The position numbers and the translations under genes were made by a program. Shown here piece by piece: positions 1 through 10,361 of a stretch of 64,000 bases of DNA (position 1 is the first letter of the stretch; each line of letters begins with the position of its first letter). Under the pieces are notes generated by a model, which worked only from the letters and a program-made list of their open reading frames with translations, ran no database searches and was not told the DNA's origin. This DNA is from a virus, in IMG/VR virus record IMGVR_UViG_3300007541_000016, positions 1-64,000 of that record; one strand, given 5' to 3'.

Positions 1-2
1 AT

Positions 3-650
3 TTCTTTTCTCAATGCGAAAATGTAATATATAAATCTTTATTAGAGTACATAGAAATTTTTCCAATGATACTACCCTGTCTGTGGTGGAGAACTCAGGG
101 TCACGTTGTTGCATATTCTCCAGGAAGTAGTTTTGGACTTCACTGTGATAACGACGTAAACTATAAGCCAGGAGCAATACCAGATCAACAATTGGCTATT
201 AGAAATGTAGTAGGGGCTATTCTTTATTTTAATAACTCCTATGAAAAAGGAGAAGAAAAAGATGAATATGGTTATACTGGTGGAGAAATAATCTTTCCAT
301 ACGCAAACGTAAAATATTCTCCTAAATCCGGAGACCTAATAATGTTTCCGTCAAACTATTTAGCCACACATGAAGTTCTACCATGCGATGATGGATATAG
401 ATATGGATACGTTGGTTATTTTGCTCAAGGATCCGAAGATCAAAATAGGGGAATTCATATCAGGGAAAAATCTGAAGTGATAGATAGTGGTCAGGTCTGG
501 ATGCCAGAGCTATTTGATGATTACATTAATCATGTCAATAGGAAATATTCAGGCCAAACAGATAAAATATCTACACTACTGAGAGCATCTGGTAGAATAA
601 ATACAAGCGATAATACTACTCAAGAAATCGAAAAAGAAAGAAACAAGTAA
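3..650 (+). CDS. 2OG-Fe(II) oxygenase, prolyl-4-hydroxylase-like (5' partial; frame is open from the window edge)
   Basis: HxD (HCDND), YxN..GGE, distal His (ATHEV) and RY motif; paralogous to 652..1533 and 3022..3798; no stop in this frame between 3 and 66. Confidence 0.85.
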   Translation, partial: FFSQCENVIYKSLLEYIEIFPMILPCLWWRTQGHVVAYSPGSSFGLHCDNDVNYKPGAIPDQQLAIRNVVGAILYFNNSYEKGEEKDEYGYTGGEIIFPYANVKYSPKSGDLIMFPSNYLATHEVLPCDDGYRYGYVGYFAQGSEDQNRGIHIREKSEVIDSGQVWMPELFDDYINHVNRKYSGQTDKISTLLRASGRINTSDNTTQEIEKERNK

Positions 651-651
651 A

Positions 652-1533
652 ATGATATTTAAAGACGCAGAAGCTGAACATCTTGGTGGTGGAGTTGTTT
701 TGTTTAAAAAAGCAATAGATCTTGATTGGGACTGGACTTTTAATACGGTTGAAAATTTCATAAACGATGAGTGGAACGATATGTATAAACCTGGTATAGA
801 TCCAGAAACAGGTGAGCAAATCTATGTAAACAAAAGTGGCTATTTTTTTGGGCTAGACAGTATCGACCTAATGCCTAAAAGAGCTTCAGCGACCCATCAA
901 AGAAAAGATCCAGAAATCATGAGCTGGTTAAAATTCTTGGAAGATTCAAAAGATAAGTATCTTTTAAAATATTTAGAAATATTTCCATTAGCCTATAAGT
1001 GTATCTGGTGGAAGGTAAAAGGCCATTTCCTTAAGTATAATAAGGGAGTTTATCTAGGCACTCATTCTGATGTAAGCGCAGATTATATCTATGGAGTTTG
1101 GGAACCAAACGAACAACTAGCACTAAGAAGTATGGTAACCAATCTTTTATACTTAAATGATTATGTTGAAGACGAATCTCAATTAAATGGAAAAAATTTT
1201 ACTGGTGGAGAACATTATTTCAATTATTTAGATATTACCTATAAGCCACAAAAGGGAGACCTTTTGATGTTCCCATCTAATTACATGGGCGCGCACGAGG
1301 TAAAAGAAGTAACTGGAGGCGTTAGGCACTCTTATTTGGGCTGGTATAGTCAAGGAACACCCAATGCAGCTGTAGGCGAAAGCGTTACGGACCCCATAAA
1401 AGATCCAACCAATGCCCAGCATGATACAAATATATATATGCCGAACCTAACCGAAGACTTTAAAAGCTATCTAAAATCAAAAGGATATGATGAGTCTTCT
1501 GATCAATTTAGAATAACTAAATCAAATTATTAA
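652..1533 (+). CDS. 2OG-Fe(II) oxygenase, prolyl-4-hydroxylase-like
   Basis: HSD...LYLND...FTGGE...MFPSNYMGAHEV...RHS motifs. Confidence 0.85.
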   Translation: MIFKDAEAEHLGGGVVLFKKAIDLDWDWTFNTVENFINDEWNDMYKPGIDPETGEQIYVNKSGYFFGLDSIDLMPKRASATHQRKDPEIMSWLKFLEDSKDKYLLKYLEIFPLAYKCIWWKVKGHFLKYNKGVYLGTHSDVSADYIYGVWEPNEQLALRSMVTNLLYLNDYVEDESQLNGKNFTGGEHYFNYLDITYKPQKGDLLMFPSNYMGAHEVKEVTGGVRHSYLGWYSQGTPNAAVGESVTDPIKDPTNAQHDTNIYMPNLTEDFKSYLKSKGYDESSDQFRITKSNY

Positions 1534-1542
1534 TGAATACCA

Positions 1543-2349
1543 ATGCAAAAAAGAAAAACAATATCAATCCTAATAAACAAAAAACATCAAGTTCCAGACG
1601 CAGGGCATTGGATTTTTGATCCTGAATCAGAAACATGGGTTGAAAATGCTGATTTAGTATACGAACAAAGATCTTCATATACGCTTTTAAGAATAGAAGG
1701 AAATAACAAAAACGTATTTCATGTAGATAGTTTTCCAAGACAAGGAAATACAACTTTAAGGTCTATACTGCTCAATGTATTTCCAGAAATGGTTATGCCA
1801 GACCCTATGACTCATGTTACTGCATTTACCAAATGTGCTATAAATAATGGCGAAGTAGTGATAAGTACCTTAAGGGACCCTCACGATTCTTTGACTTCTT
1901 TTATAAGCAGGGCACTCACAGACGGCAGATACGATAACCATACTAGGGGTAATGTTTTCAAGCACGCAGTACGTGAAGCCGTCCTGTTTTACGACAGATA
2001 TTTAAATTTTTTAATAGAAAACTATGAGGATATATACTTTGTGCATTTTGATCAAATATTAGAAATGTATACAGACTACATTTGCTTTAGTGAACAAAAT
2101 AATCGAGTACTAGAATATCTTTCTAAAAAATATGATTTAGAATTTATTCAATATAGCAAAGAAGATCAACTAAAAAATCCAAGGCGCAATGCCATAAACT
2201 ATAATAGCAGCACAGATAAAAAAATAAAAGAAAGATTAATAACAAGCAAATACTATTTAAGAAAAATTAAAAAGTCATACAAACTGTATATGAAGATTTT
2301 AAAAATTATTGGAGAAGACAAAAAATATGAAAAAGTATCCGGAGCCTAA
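1543..2349 (+). CDS. sulfotransferase-family (P-loop) protein
   Basis: 5'-PSB-like DSFPRQGNTTL and 3'-PB-like RDPHDSLTS; N-terminal GHWIFDPESETWVE module. Confidence 0.65.
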   Translation: MQKRKTISILINKKHQVPDAGHWIFDPESETWVENADLVYEQRSSYTLLRIEGNNKNVFHVDSFPRQGNTTLRSILLNVFPEMVMPDPMTHVTAFTKCAINNGEVVISTLRDPHDSLTSFISRALTDGRYDNHTRGNVFKHAVREAVLFYDRYLNFLIENYEDIYFVHFDQILEMYTDYICFSEQNNRVLEYLSKKYDLEFIQYSKEDQLKNPRRNAINYNSSTDKKIKERLITSKYYLRKIKKSYKLYMKILKIIGEDKKYEKVSGA

Positions 2350-3025
2350 TCCGATAGATTCAGGACCATGGATTTATGATGAAAGTAAAAAAGAATGGAT
2401 TGAGCCAGATTTAGTGGAAAATATAAATTGGGTTGATTGGCCGGTAAGAAAAATAAATCAAGATACTACTAATGTATTTTTTGTTGATGGTTTTCCAAGA
2501 CAGGCTACAAATACGCTTAGAAGATTAATTCTCGAATGCTTCCATACAGTTGCGATAGTTCACGATATTGAGCACAAATTTTATCCATTTGAATTATTCT
2601 CCAAGCAAGGTGAAGATTGCCTACTTACAATCAGAGACCCATTAGATGCAATAGCATCGACTTATGGGTATGAATCAACTTATGGACACGAAAAATTTGG
2701 AATAGATAAAATAGAACAATTGGATTTTATGATAAAATACTATATTAGAATGGCCAGCATTCCATTTGAAATTAAAGGAATAACAGTTGTTGAATTTAAA
2801 GATATAGTAAATTATCCGCATAGTCTTCTTTTGAGAATACAAGAAAAATTCAATCTTGATTCAAAAAATATCGAATCATACTTAGGTCAAGAAAAAGCAA
2901 AAGTATACGATGAAAATCATAATTTTACACAAAAACAAGACGTCAGAGACTTTTTGAATAGTAACATAGCATTACTGGACGAATGCTATAATATATACAA
3001 TAAAGCATTAAAGGAAAAAATATGA
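2327..3025 (+). CDS. sulfotransferase-family (P-loop) protein, paralogue of the upstream gene
   Basis: DGFPRQATNTL and RDPLDAIAS; ATG at 2327 follows GGAG (2311-2314); N-terminal GPWIYDESKKEWIE module. Confidence 0.65.
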   Translation: MKKYPEPNPIDSGPWIYDESKKEWIEPDLVENINWVDWPVRKINQDTTNVFFVDGFPRQATNTLRRLILECFHTVAIVHDIEHKFYPFELFSKQGEDCLLTIRDPLDAIASTYGYESTYGHEKFGIDKIEQLDFMIKYYIRMASIPFEIKGITVVEFKDIVNYPHSLLLRIQEKFNLDSKNIESYLGQEKAKVYDENHNFTQKQDVRDFLNSNIALLDECYNIYNKALKEKI

Positions 3026-3798
3026 AAGTAAACAATCACGGTGGTGGAATAGTCTCTTTTGATGAAGTCATCGATGTAGATCAGACGTTTCTTAAAAGTT
3101 ATATATCTTGGCTTAGAGAATCTGACGAAGAAACATTTACATATTTAGAAGAAAATGGAAAAAAATACGCAGTAAATAAAACTGGATTTAAATTTGAAAT
3201 TAATGACATACCAGAAGCTCCAGAAAGATTTGTTGATTTATTTGGAAAATCTTCAAATAGAACTCCTTCAGAAGAAATTAAAAAGTTTGTAGAGTCATGC
3301 GAAAATGGACTATATGACTGTCTTGTACAGTACTGCGCCCTTTATCCAGAGGCAGCTACAACAATATGGTGGAGAGGTTCAGCTCATATAGCTGGATACA
3401 ATAAAGGCAGATGGATTGGACCACACTGTGACGATCAGATTCAATTTGAGTTTGATGGCCTTCCTAGTAATGAGTATCCAATTCACAATACAATAAGTTG
3501 TGCCCTTTATTTTAACGACTGCGTAGACGAAGAAGAGCAATTAAATGGAGACAATTTTGTTGGGGGACATATTAAGTTTAAATACGCTGGCGTTGATTAT
3601 AAACCAAAATCTGGTAGCGCTGTTTTATACCCTTCAAGCTATATGGGTACGCACGAGGTAACTCCAGTTACCGCTGGAGAAAGATATGTATATCTAGAAT
3701 TCTTTGCCTATGGAATACCAAAGAACTCTCCAGGCGACGATTTAAAGTACATGCCAAATCTAATAAAAGATTCTATTGCAGTTAGAAATAGTCAATGA
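3022..3798 (+). CDS. 2OG-Fe(II) oxygenase, prolyl-4-hydroxylase-like
   Basis: HCDD...LYFND...FVGG...YPSSYMGTHEV...RYVY; ATGA overlap with the upstream gene. Confidence 0.85.
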   Translation: MKVNNHGGGIVSFDEVIDVDQTFLKSYISWLRESDEETFTYLEENGKKYAVNKTGFKFEINDIPEAPERFVDLFGKSSNRTPSEEIKKFVESCENGLYDCLVQYCALYPEAATTIWWRGSAHIAGYNKGRWIGPHCDDQIQFEFDGLPSNEYPIHNTISCALYFNDCVDEEEQLNGDNFVGGHIKFKYAGVDYKPKSGSAVLYPSSYMGTHEVTPVTAGERYVYLEFFAYGIPKNSPGDDLKYMPNLIKDSIAVRNSQ

Positions 3799-3863
3799 TA
3801 ATAAAAAAACTTAAAAGAAGAGCAATGAGAAGAATCAGCGTTAAGGAAGAAAAGCCTCGTTAA
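3795..3863 (+). CDS. possible 22-aa basic peptide (MIIKKLKRRAMRRISVKEEKPR)
   Basis: ATGA start/stop overlap with the upstream gene; no other support. Confidence 0.3.
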   Translation: MIIKKLKRRAMRRISVKEEKPR

Positions 3864-3877
3864 TTTTTGTTTTTTTG

Positions 3878-3884
3878 TTACTAT
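3878..3884 (+). promoter_or_regulatory. putative phage late-promoter motif TTACTAT
   Basis: The TACTAT core recurs in intergenic gaps 35-47 nt before ATGs at 3919, 4253, 8322 and 63558. Confidence 0.45.
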
Positions 3885-3918
3885 TATTATTAAATTAATA
3901 GGAGAATAGTAGCCTTAA

Positions 3919-4182
3919 ATGTTATATAACTCACCAATTACATATAGTCAAGCTAGCGTATTCTATGCGGGAGCAGTATCGATTCTTGCTCCATCTTTAA
4001 CTTCTCCTATTTTAATAAATAATATAACTTTATTAGTCTTTGCCGATGAAGATTATACGAATCAAACTACAATAGGAATAATAAGCTTAAACTATGCTCC
4101 TTCTGGAATCTTAGAGATACAAGTATTGGACGAAGATGTTCAGGCCTTCTTTGAGGTTGATCGAGTAGCTATTTCTATATAG
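3919..4182 (+). CDS. hypothetical protein (probably virion-associated)
   Basis: 87-aa ORF with AGGAG upstream and a TTACTAT motif. Confidence 0.6.
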   Translation: MLYNSPITYSQASVFYAGAVSILAPSLTSPILINNITLLVFADEDYTNQTTIGIISLNYAPSGILEIQVLDEDVQAFFEVDRVAISI

Positions 4183-4212
4183 TTTATTAGTAATTTAAAT
4201 AGCTTTTAACGC

Positions 4213-4218
4213 TACTAT
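4213..4218 (+). promoter_or_regulatory. putative phage late-promoter motif TACTAT
   Basis: Intergenic, 35 nt before ATG 4253. Confidence 0.45.
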
Positions 4219-4252
4219 AATACAACCAATACTTTTTATTAGTGAGGCTTTA

Positions 4253-5155
4253 ATGTCAATTTCTCCAATTATGGTAAACGACACAGTTCGTCTTAAAGTT
4301 AAATTTATAGACATTGACCCAGAAACTGGCAGTCAAACAGAGGTTAGTCCAATTTCCGTTTCTCTAACTATAGACGATTCCGCAGGAAACGAGATATTAT
4401 CAGTTACCCCAACTCAAACTAGCGGTTCGGAATATTATTATGACTACACTCCGGAAACAGCTGGGGAATATACAATTAGGTTTATTGGGGTTCTTTCTTC
4501 TGGAACATATATAACCGTTAATCAACAGATGTATGTTAGTACTCCAACTTCAGATTTTAAACCATCCATAACACTCGGTGCAGATGAAGTTATATATTTT
4601 GCGCCAGATGTTACCCCATTGTATGTAGATCCAGAAGAGCTATTGCCCTTTTTCCCAGACGCAACGCTTATAGAAGTTGGCGAATTAATACATCACTATT
4701 CTACAGAAGTAAAACAAATCTACTCCATATCTGACTCTATGGACCTAAACCCTGGACTTAATTTTACTGCACTAGAGTACATTAAAGCAGCAGCTGCTTG
4801 TGAGTTAAGTAGGACATATGGCTATGGTGGAGAAGACGAATTGTCGGTCAAGCTTGGTGATCTTTCAATTACAAATAGATCACTTCCGAGAACGGGCGTA
4901 AATAGAGGAAATGCTACGACATGGTGTCAACTTGCAGCAGCCCTTAGAAAAGAGTTATTAGCTTCAAAGGTCTCAATGAAGGGTGTTCAGCCAAAAGGTC
5001 TTCCAAGTAATTATATTCCAACGACTGGTAAATCAATAGATCCAGAAACCGGTCTAGTCGTCCACCTGAGCGATAGGGACCTTCTTGGTCCTGGAAGAAA
5101 AAACACCAGAGTTGACGACCCAATGCCAAAGAGGGGCTTAAGAAGTCGTGACTAA
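4253..5155 (+). CDS. putative neck/head-tail adaptor with N-terminal Ig-like domain
   Basis: Beta-rich N-terminus (YYYDYTP..AGEYTIRF), helical C-terminus with SVKLGDLSIT; position at the start of the tail module. Confidence 0.5.
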   Translation: MSISPIMVNDTVRLKVKFIDIDPETGSQTEVSPISVSLTIDDSAGNEILSVTPTQTSGSEYYYDYTPETAGEYTIRFIGVLSSGTYITVNQQMYVSTPTSDFKPSITLGADEVIYFAPDVTPLYVDPEELLPFFPDATLIEVGELIHHYSTEVKQIYSISDSMDLNPGLNFTALEYIKAAAACELSRTYGYGGEDELSVKLGDLSITNRSLPRTGVNRGNATTWCQLAAALRKELLASKVSMKGVQPKGLPSNYIPTTGKSIDPETGLVVHLSDRDLLGPGRKNTRVDDPMPKRGLRSRD

Positions 5156-5528
5156 TTTATCTAGAACTTTTAGGGAAATTTTAAGAAAATGGGGTCATGA
5201 TGTTCTTCTTCAGAGAAGATTAGATGATAATTATAATTACTCTTCAAAATTTGAAAGAGTAACAACAAGGCATATGTACCCTGCAAATTCAGATCTAGTA
5301 AATTTACTTAAGGAATCTTCAGAGGGAACCACAGCAGATGCCGTAGAGTTTATATACTATTTTGATTCAACAATCAACCCTAGAACTGGCGATAGAATTT
5401 ACGAAAAAATAGAAGGACACCCTCAACCAAATTCTGTCTATAGAATAGACTATGCAGTGCCAATGAGAGGAAAATTTGGTAAAATAGAATATTGGGTAGC
5501 AGGAGTGACTAGAGAAGAACCGGTATAG
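5148..5528 (+). CDS. putative head-closure/head-tail joining protein
   Basis: 126 aa; pattern WGHDVLLQRR...YYFDSTINPRTGDRIYE...YRIDYAVPMRG; synteny. Confidence 0.5.
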   Translation: MTNLSRTFREILRKWGHDVLLQRRLDDNYNYSSKFERVTTRHMYPANSDLVNLLKESSEGTTADAVEFIYYFDSTINPRTGDRIYEKIEGHPQPNSVYRIDYAVPMRGKFGKIEYWVAGVTREEPV

Positions 5529-5529
5529 A

Positions 5530-7509
5530 ATGGCGCTTTATTCAAATGGAGAAAAGATTACATTTAAATATATATTTAATTTAGATGGCGATTTTTATGA
5601 TCCAATAATACTTGACAACGATTGGGAGCAAAGAGACTCGTTAGCAACTCCGTATTATGGTGGAAATAATGTAGATATTGTCGTTTCAATATGTAGGGGG
5701 CAAAATGGATCAGGCCCAGTTGTAGATGGTCCATTTTCCTATAATGCGCAGTCGGCAACTCCAGATTATGGAATTGCCATTCAAGATCAATTAGCCGCAG
5801 ATAATGATTTAAATCAAATACTTGGAAACAATTATATAGAAAGAGAATCTGAAGGTATATACAATTTTGTATACACAATACCAGATAATCTTTTTCCAGG
5901 AAAGTATACAGTTGTATTAACTACTTCTATAAATCAAGTGAGGGAAATTAGAGAACTATATTTTCAAATAGTTTCACCAGAAAATAAAAAACAAATAAAT
6001 ATTTCATCTAAATCTATAGAAGACAATATCGCAGTATTAACAACAACAGATGCGCATGGTTTAACTAAGGAAGAAGTAGTAACAGTATATGGGGTTGACA
6101 ACGTAATAGATGGAGTTCATCAAATTTTGTCTATTCCAACGCAAAAAAGTTTTTCAATATACGTAGAAACGCAAGACATTGAACTAACATCAGTTAATCC
6201 AACTGGAAGTGTTTTTAGGCAAAAAGATGGAAATCCAGTAGTATTAAAATCTAATCCATCGTTATCTACAAGTTCTCAAGTAAACGCAATATACAAACCT
6301 CTTCAACCATTTAATACTAACTCCGTCCTTCTTATTGGGCACGGCGATTCTCAAAGTCTGCAAATAAATGAAATTAGAAGAATAGCCTCGATACAAGAAG
6401 CAATAGATTTATTAGATGGCAATAGAAACAGCCCCCTGCTAAGGGCTGTTCTCAGCTGCCACGGGGCTGGCTGCACAGATATATATATCATGATCGCCGC
6501 ACCTATGAGTGAATACGTAGATGATTATCAGAGGGTTAATACTCCAATAGCAGGTTTTGTAAGCGAAAATTCTTCTACTACTCTAACTTTCTATGAAAAG
6601 TATTATGAAAGACTTCAAGAAACTTATGCAATAGCAAGAGATTACGATTTCATAGACATTATAGTTCCAGTTAGCATATCTTTTATTAATTCTGGAAATG
6701 TTAATTTTGTTAGACAATTAGCAGATCATTGTGAATATGTTTACAAAAATTCTTCAACTATTTCAATAGGAATAATTGGATCAAGAACCGGTGGAATGAA
6801 TTTGGCAGATATTGAGACTATGTCAGCCGTTGATTTTACAACCAATCTTCTTAAAGATGAAAACGGAAATAGTCCAGATTATTTAGATTCAAACGATGGA
6901 AATATACTTGACTCCGGAAGACATATAATGTTGTACTATGGTGAGGCCGTGTTTAATTATCCAGCACTAGCTTATTCTTACACTTCAAGTATTGCTGCAG
7001 CTGTTGCTGGACAGCTTTCAAATTGGCCGGTTTATAGAGGATTGAATAGGCAAAAGTTAAGAGGGGCTTATTCTCAGTATGGTTTAGAGCTAACCGCTTT
7101 TCAGGTAGCAAAGCTACATAATAATAATATAAATACTATTATAAAAAATAATAGATCAAGAAGAAATGTACCATATCAAGTTATGTTGTCTGAAGATAAG
7201 ACTTTAGCCAAAAAGGGTTCAAGCATGGCCAACATACCCCAAGTAAGATTGACGGCAATGGTTATAAATGAAATATTGGGAATCGCCAATTCCGCAATAG
7301 GTAAATTCTCTTATGATATAATTAAAGAAAAACTACAATCAATGTTTAATTCTTTAAAGAAAACTACTCCATCAATAATACAAGATTACAGATTTGAAAT
7401 GTATGCGGATAAAAAACAAAAAGGAAAGATATATCTAGAAATTGATCTTATATCATCCAACTCTCTTAAAAAAATAAACTTCAATATTCTAGCAGGACCA
7501 GGAGCATAG
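5530..7509 (+). CDS. tail-sheath-like protein with extra N-terminal beta domains
   Basis: C-terminal half parallels 8322..9608 (AAVAGQLS, NINTII, VRLTAMVINEI, IYLEIDL); N-terminal Ig-like and TTxxAHGL-type domains. Confidence 0.6.
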   Translation: MALYSNGEKITFKYIFNLDGDFYDPIILDNDWEQRDSLATPYYGGNNVDIVVSICRGQNGSGPVVDGPFSYNAQSATPDYGIAIQDQLAADNDLNQILGNNYIERESEGIYNFVYTIPDNLFPGKYTVVLTTSINQVREIRELYFQIVSPENKKQINISSKSIEDNIAVLTTTDAHGLTKEEVVTVYGVDNVIDGVHQILSIPTQKSFSIYVETQDIELTSVNPTGSVFRQKDGNPVVLKSNPSLSTSSQVNAIYKPLQPFNTNSVLLIGHGDSQSLQINEIRRIASIQEAIDLLDGNRNSPLLRAVLSCHGAGCTDIYIMIAAPMSEYVDDYQRVNTPIAGFVSENSSTTLTFYEKYYERLQETYAIARDYDFIDIIVPVSISFINSGNVNFVRQLADHCEYVYKNSSTISIGIIGSRTGGMNLADIETMSAVDFTTNLLKDENGNSPDYLDSNDGNILDSGRHIMLYYGEAVFNYPALAYSYTSSIAAAVAGQLSNWPVYRGLNRQKLRGAYSQYGLELTAFQVAKLHNNNINTIIKNNRSRRNVPYQVMLSEDKTLAKKGSSMANIPQVRLTAMVINEILGIANSAIGKFSYDIIKEKLQSMFNSLKKTTPSIIQDYRFEMYADKKQKGKIYLEIDLISSNSLKKINFNILAGPGA

Positions 7510-7510
7510 A

Positions 7511-8242
7511 ATGCCTCAAAACGCTTTTAACATACCAGGCTTAAACGAAAATGACATCTTAACAGGAAGATCATATACTGGCGATCCACTTCAAGCTGCT
7601 GGTAATTTAACCTATATTGAATTTATGGCAACAGTTAAAGCCCTATGGGAAAACGCCTACCCAAAGATAGCATTTGAGGCAGATAGTAGTGGCGAAGCTT
7701 CTAAGTTTCCAATTATTACTTATAATTTAGAATTAAAAAGGGCTCACACTTCTGAGCCAAAGCCTAGAACAAGATTTATACCAAAAGACGTTGATGAGAT
7801 TATATATGGTCAAAGATTTCAAAATATAGTATCTTTTAATATAATGACTAGAGCCAAGACGGCAGATATTCCCGACGATGAAAATCCGGGCTATTCTGGG
7901 GCTGAAGCTGCAGATAGAATTGTTGAAGTATTTGAAGATTTCATGATGGAGCACACCCCTGTCTTTAAAAGATTAGGTGCTTCTGAGTTTGTTTACTCAA
8001 GGAGAATGTCAGATGCTAAAGTAACTAGGGATGGAATAGATGTCTGTAAAAGAACAGTAACATATATGTTAACAACTGAAAAGTTGATATCTACAACAAT
8101 TTCAAGAATAGAGAGCATTTTAATAGACCTAAGAACCTATATGGCTACAGAACCAGAAAATCTAGTACAAGCTACTCCAAATTTTGAAAATGTAGATATT
8201 AACATAATAGACCTATATCAAACTGCGTCCCCTAATTATTAA
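7511..8242 (+). CDS. putative tail terminator/completion protein
   Basis: 243 aa immediately before the sheath gene; synteny only. Confidence 0.4.
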   Translation: MPQNAFNIPGLNENDILTGRSYTGDPLQAAGNLTYIEFMATVKALWENAYPKIAFEADSSGEASKFPIITYNLELKRAHTSEPKPRTRFIPKDVDEIIYGQRFQNIVSFNIMTRAKTADIPDDENPGYSGAEAADRIVEVFEDFMMEHTPVFKRLGASEFVYSRRMSDAKVTRDGIDVCKRTVTYMLTTEKLISTTISRIESILIDLRTYMATEPENLVQATPNFENVDINIIDLYQTASPNY

Positions 8243-8268
8243 GGTAGTTTGTTTTTATAAGTTAGTTG

Positions 8269-8275
8269 TTACTAT
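8269..8275 (+). promoter_or_regulatory. putative phage late-promoter motif TTACTAT
   Basis: Intergenic, upstream of GGAGG RBS and the sheath ATG. Confidence 0.45.
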
Positions 8276-8321
8276 ATGATACGAGTTAAAATTTAGTACC
8301 GATATTGGAGGTTAAAGCTAA

Positions 8322-9608
8322 ATGGCTATTCCTGGTGTAAAAACAATTATTAAAGATCGCTTTTATAGCATTTCTCGTCAAGACCTTCCCGTCGGACCAA
8401 GAGTTGTTGTAATTGCAAGAAGAAACAATGACGATGGAGATGGCAACGTCCCTAACTTAGACGCAGTACAGGTAAGTAACGAAGCCGATGTTATCACCGC
8501 CTTTGGTGAGGACTCGGATTTGCATCGTGCATACATTGAACTAATTTCAGCTGGTGCAGAAAGAATATACATGGTTCCGCTTCCAAGCGATACCGAGTTC
8601 CAAAGAGGGACAAGCTCTGTAACTGCAGATGTTTTGGATGGCAACGGAGACAGTATTTTTGATGCTGCATTCGAAGCCGCAGAGTCAACCCTTCCTGACA
8701 TTATAGTCGCATGGGGATCTGGTGGCTTACCAACTTCTTGGGCAGCTACTCCTAGCACGGACAACGATTCGTTAGGCTTTTACGCTAACGACACTGCAAC
8801 TATTGATAGATCAATGGCTGCTAGAGTTGCAAGAAAGTGCAAAGACATTTCCGAAAATACGCACCCATGCTTTGCAGTAATGGGAGTAAAGCCTTACGTT
8901 GGAGCATCTGAGATCATGACACCTTCAGTTGTTTCTACTCACCTTGCCCTTACAACATTGGCAGATAGAGACGGAGATTTGTCTACTCCAACTACAAACT
9001 CATCTGGAGAAGTAATTTACACCAGATTAGCAGAAGCTGGTAGACACCTTTTTGTAATCGCATCTGAACTTATTCCAGTTGGATATAAAGAGACATGGGG
9101 CTACGCAAACGGAGCTTCTTCGCTTGCTGGTTCGCTAAGCAGATTAGCTTCATACACATCTCCTTCAAACAAAGTTCTTTACAACGTTGGATCACTAAGA
9201 TATAATCCAACAAGAACTTCCCAATCATCACTTGGAGATAAGGGAGTTAACGCTGTAGCTCTTAACTTCAATAGAGTTCCTATATTTGCAGAAGGACTAA
9301 GCTTTGCCGCTTCTACTTCTGACTATACAAGAATCTCTACAATGAGAATTATAAGCGAATGTTCATTACTTGTCCGTCAAGTATGTCAGAAGTTCGTAGG
9401 TGAAGCTTCAACCATACAAGTTAGAAACTCTATGGAAACAGCAATCACTTCAGCTCTACGCGGTATGATGCAATTAGGAGCCTTATTGGATGCGGACTTT
9501 GCGGTCTCGTATATTCCAAATCAAAACAAGGCGATTATCGACCTCGTGGTAACACCCGCATTCGAGCTCAAGAGCATCGAAGTGCGTTTGTCAGTAAACT
9601 TAGCCTAA
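8322..9608 (+). CDS. contractile tail sheath protein
   Basis: N-terminal IPGV, C-terminal sheath pattern (RISTMRII...KFVGE...IDLVVTPAFELKSIEV); strong GGAGG RBS. Confidence 0.85.
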   Translation: MAIPGVKTIIKDRFYSISRQDLPVGPRVVVIARRNNDDGDGNVPNLDAVQVSNEADVITAFGEDSDLHRAYIELISAGAERIYMVPLPSDTEFQRGTSSVTADVLDGNGDSIFDAAFEAAESTLPDIIVAWGSGGLPTSWAATPSTDNDSLGFYANDTATIDRSMAARVARKCKDISENTHPCFAVMGVKPYVGASEIMTPSVVSTHLALTTLADRDGDLSTPTTNSSGEVIYTRLAEAGRHLFVIASELIPVGYKETWGYANGASSLAGSLSRLASYTSPSNKVLYNVGSLRYNPTRTSQSSLGDKGVNAVALNFNRVPIFAEGLSFAASTSDYTRISTMRIISECSLLVRQVCQKFVGEASTIQVRNSMETAITSALRGMMQLGALLDADFAVSYIPNQNKAIIDLVVTPAFELKSIEVRLSVNLA

Positions 9609-9638
9609 CATAACCGATAAGAACTGGAGGGTTCAAAA

Positions 9639-10328
9639 ATGGCAGGAGAATATTATGACAGCCCGGTAAACAAGTATCTTAATACATATACTACTTTTTC
9701 CGGTGCAGATATTGTAGCCACATTTGGTGGCATTGAAATTGGAGCTCTTTCTGGAATTACATTTTCAGTAACGAGAGAAAAAGCACCAATCTATACCATG
9801 GGTTCACCAAACCCTAGATCATTTTCTAGAGGAAAGCGCGGCATTGCCGGTTCGTTGATCTTCACAGTGTTTGATCGTCCAGCATTGTACACCATGCTAG
9901 ACAAGCATCACAATACGCCAGAGTCAATGAAGTTCTTTACAAGAGCCCATAACACTCTTCCTGGAGACACTAATCATAGAAGAGGAATAGCTGAATTTAC
10001 AGATCAAACAAGAGACGTTGTTAGCAAGGTTCCATTCTATGCAGACCAAATTCCACCATTCGACATAACAATTACTTTTGTTAACGAGTATGGTCAAGCA
10101 GCTGCTAGGTCGATATATGGTGTTGAGCTTCTAAACGAAGGATCTGGAGCTTCTATGGATGACATTGTTATCGAAGAAACAATGACATACGTAGCTAGAG
10201 AGCTTGGTCCAATGTATAAGATAGCCAACGATCAGCTTTACAGATTTAATTCAGAGAATCTTGGAGACGTAATTTCAAGAGACGCAGTTAAGTCTTCTAA
10301 GCTAAATCCAGATATCGTTAGACCATAA
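9639..10328 (+). CDS. major tail tube protein
   Basis: Follows sheath; FSGADI...ITFSVTREKAPIYTMG...RGIAGSLIF...PPFDITI; GGAGG RBS; terminator downstream. Confidence 0.75.
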   Translation: MAGEYYDSPVNKYLNTYTTFSGADIVATFGGIEIGALSGITFSVTREKAPIYTMGSPNPRSFSRGKRGIAGSLIFTVFDRPALYTMLDKHHNTPESMKFFTRAHNTLPGDTNHRRGIAEFTDQTRDVVSKVPFYADQIPPFDITITFVNEYGQAAARSIYGVELLNEGSGASMDDIVIEETMTYVARELGPMYKIANDQLYRFNSENLGDVISRDAVKSSKLNPDIVRP

Positions 10329-10361
10329 CATATTAAAATAGCTTAGGAATAATTGAATAGG

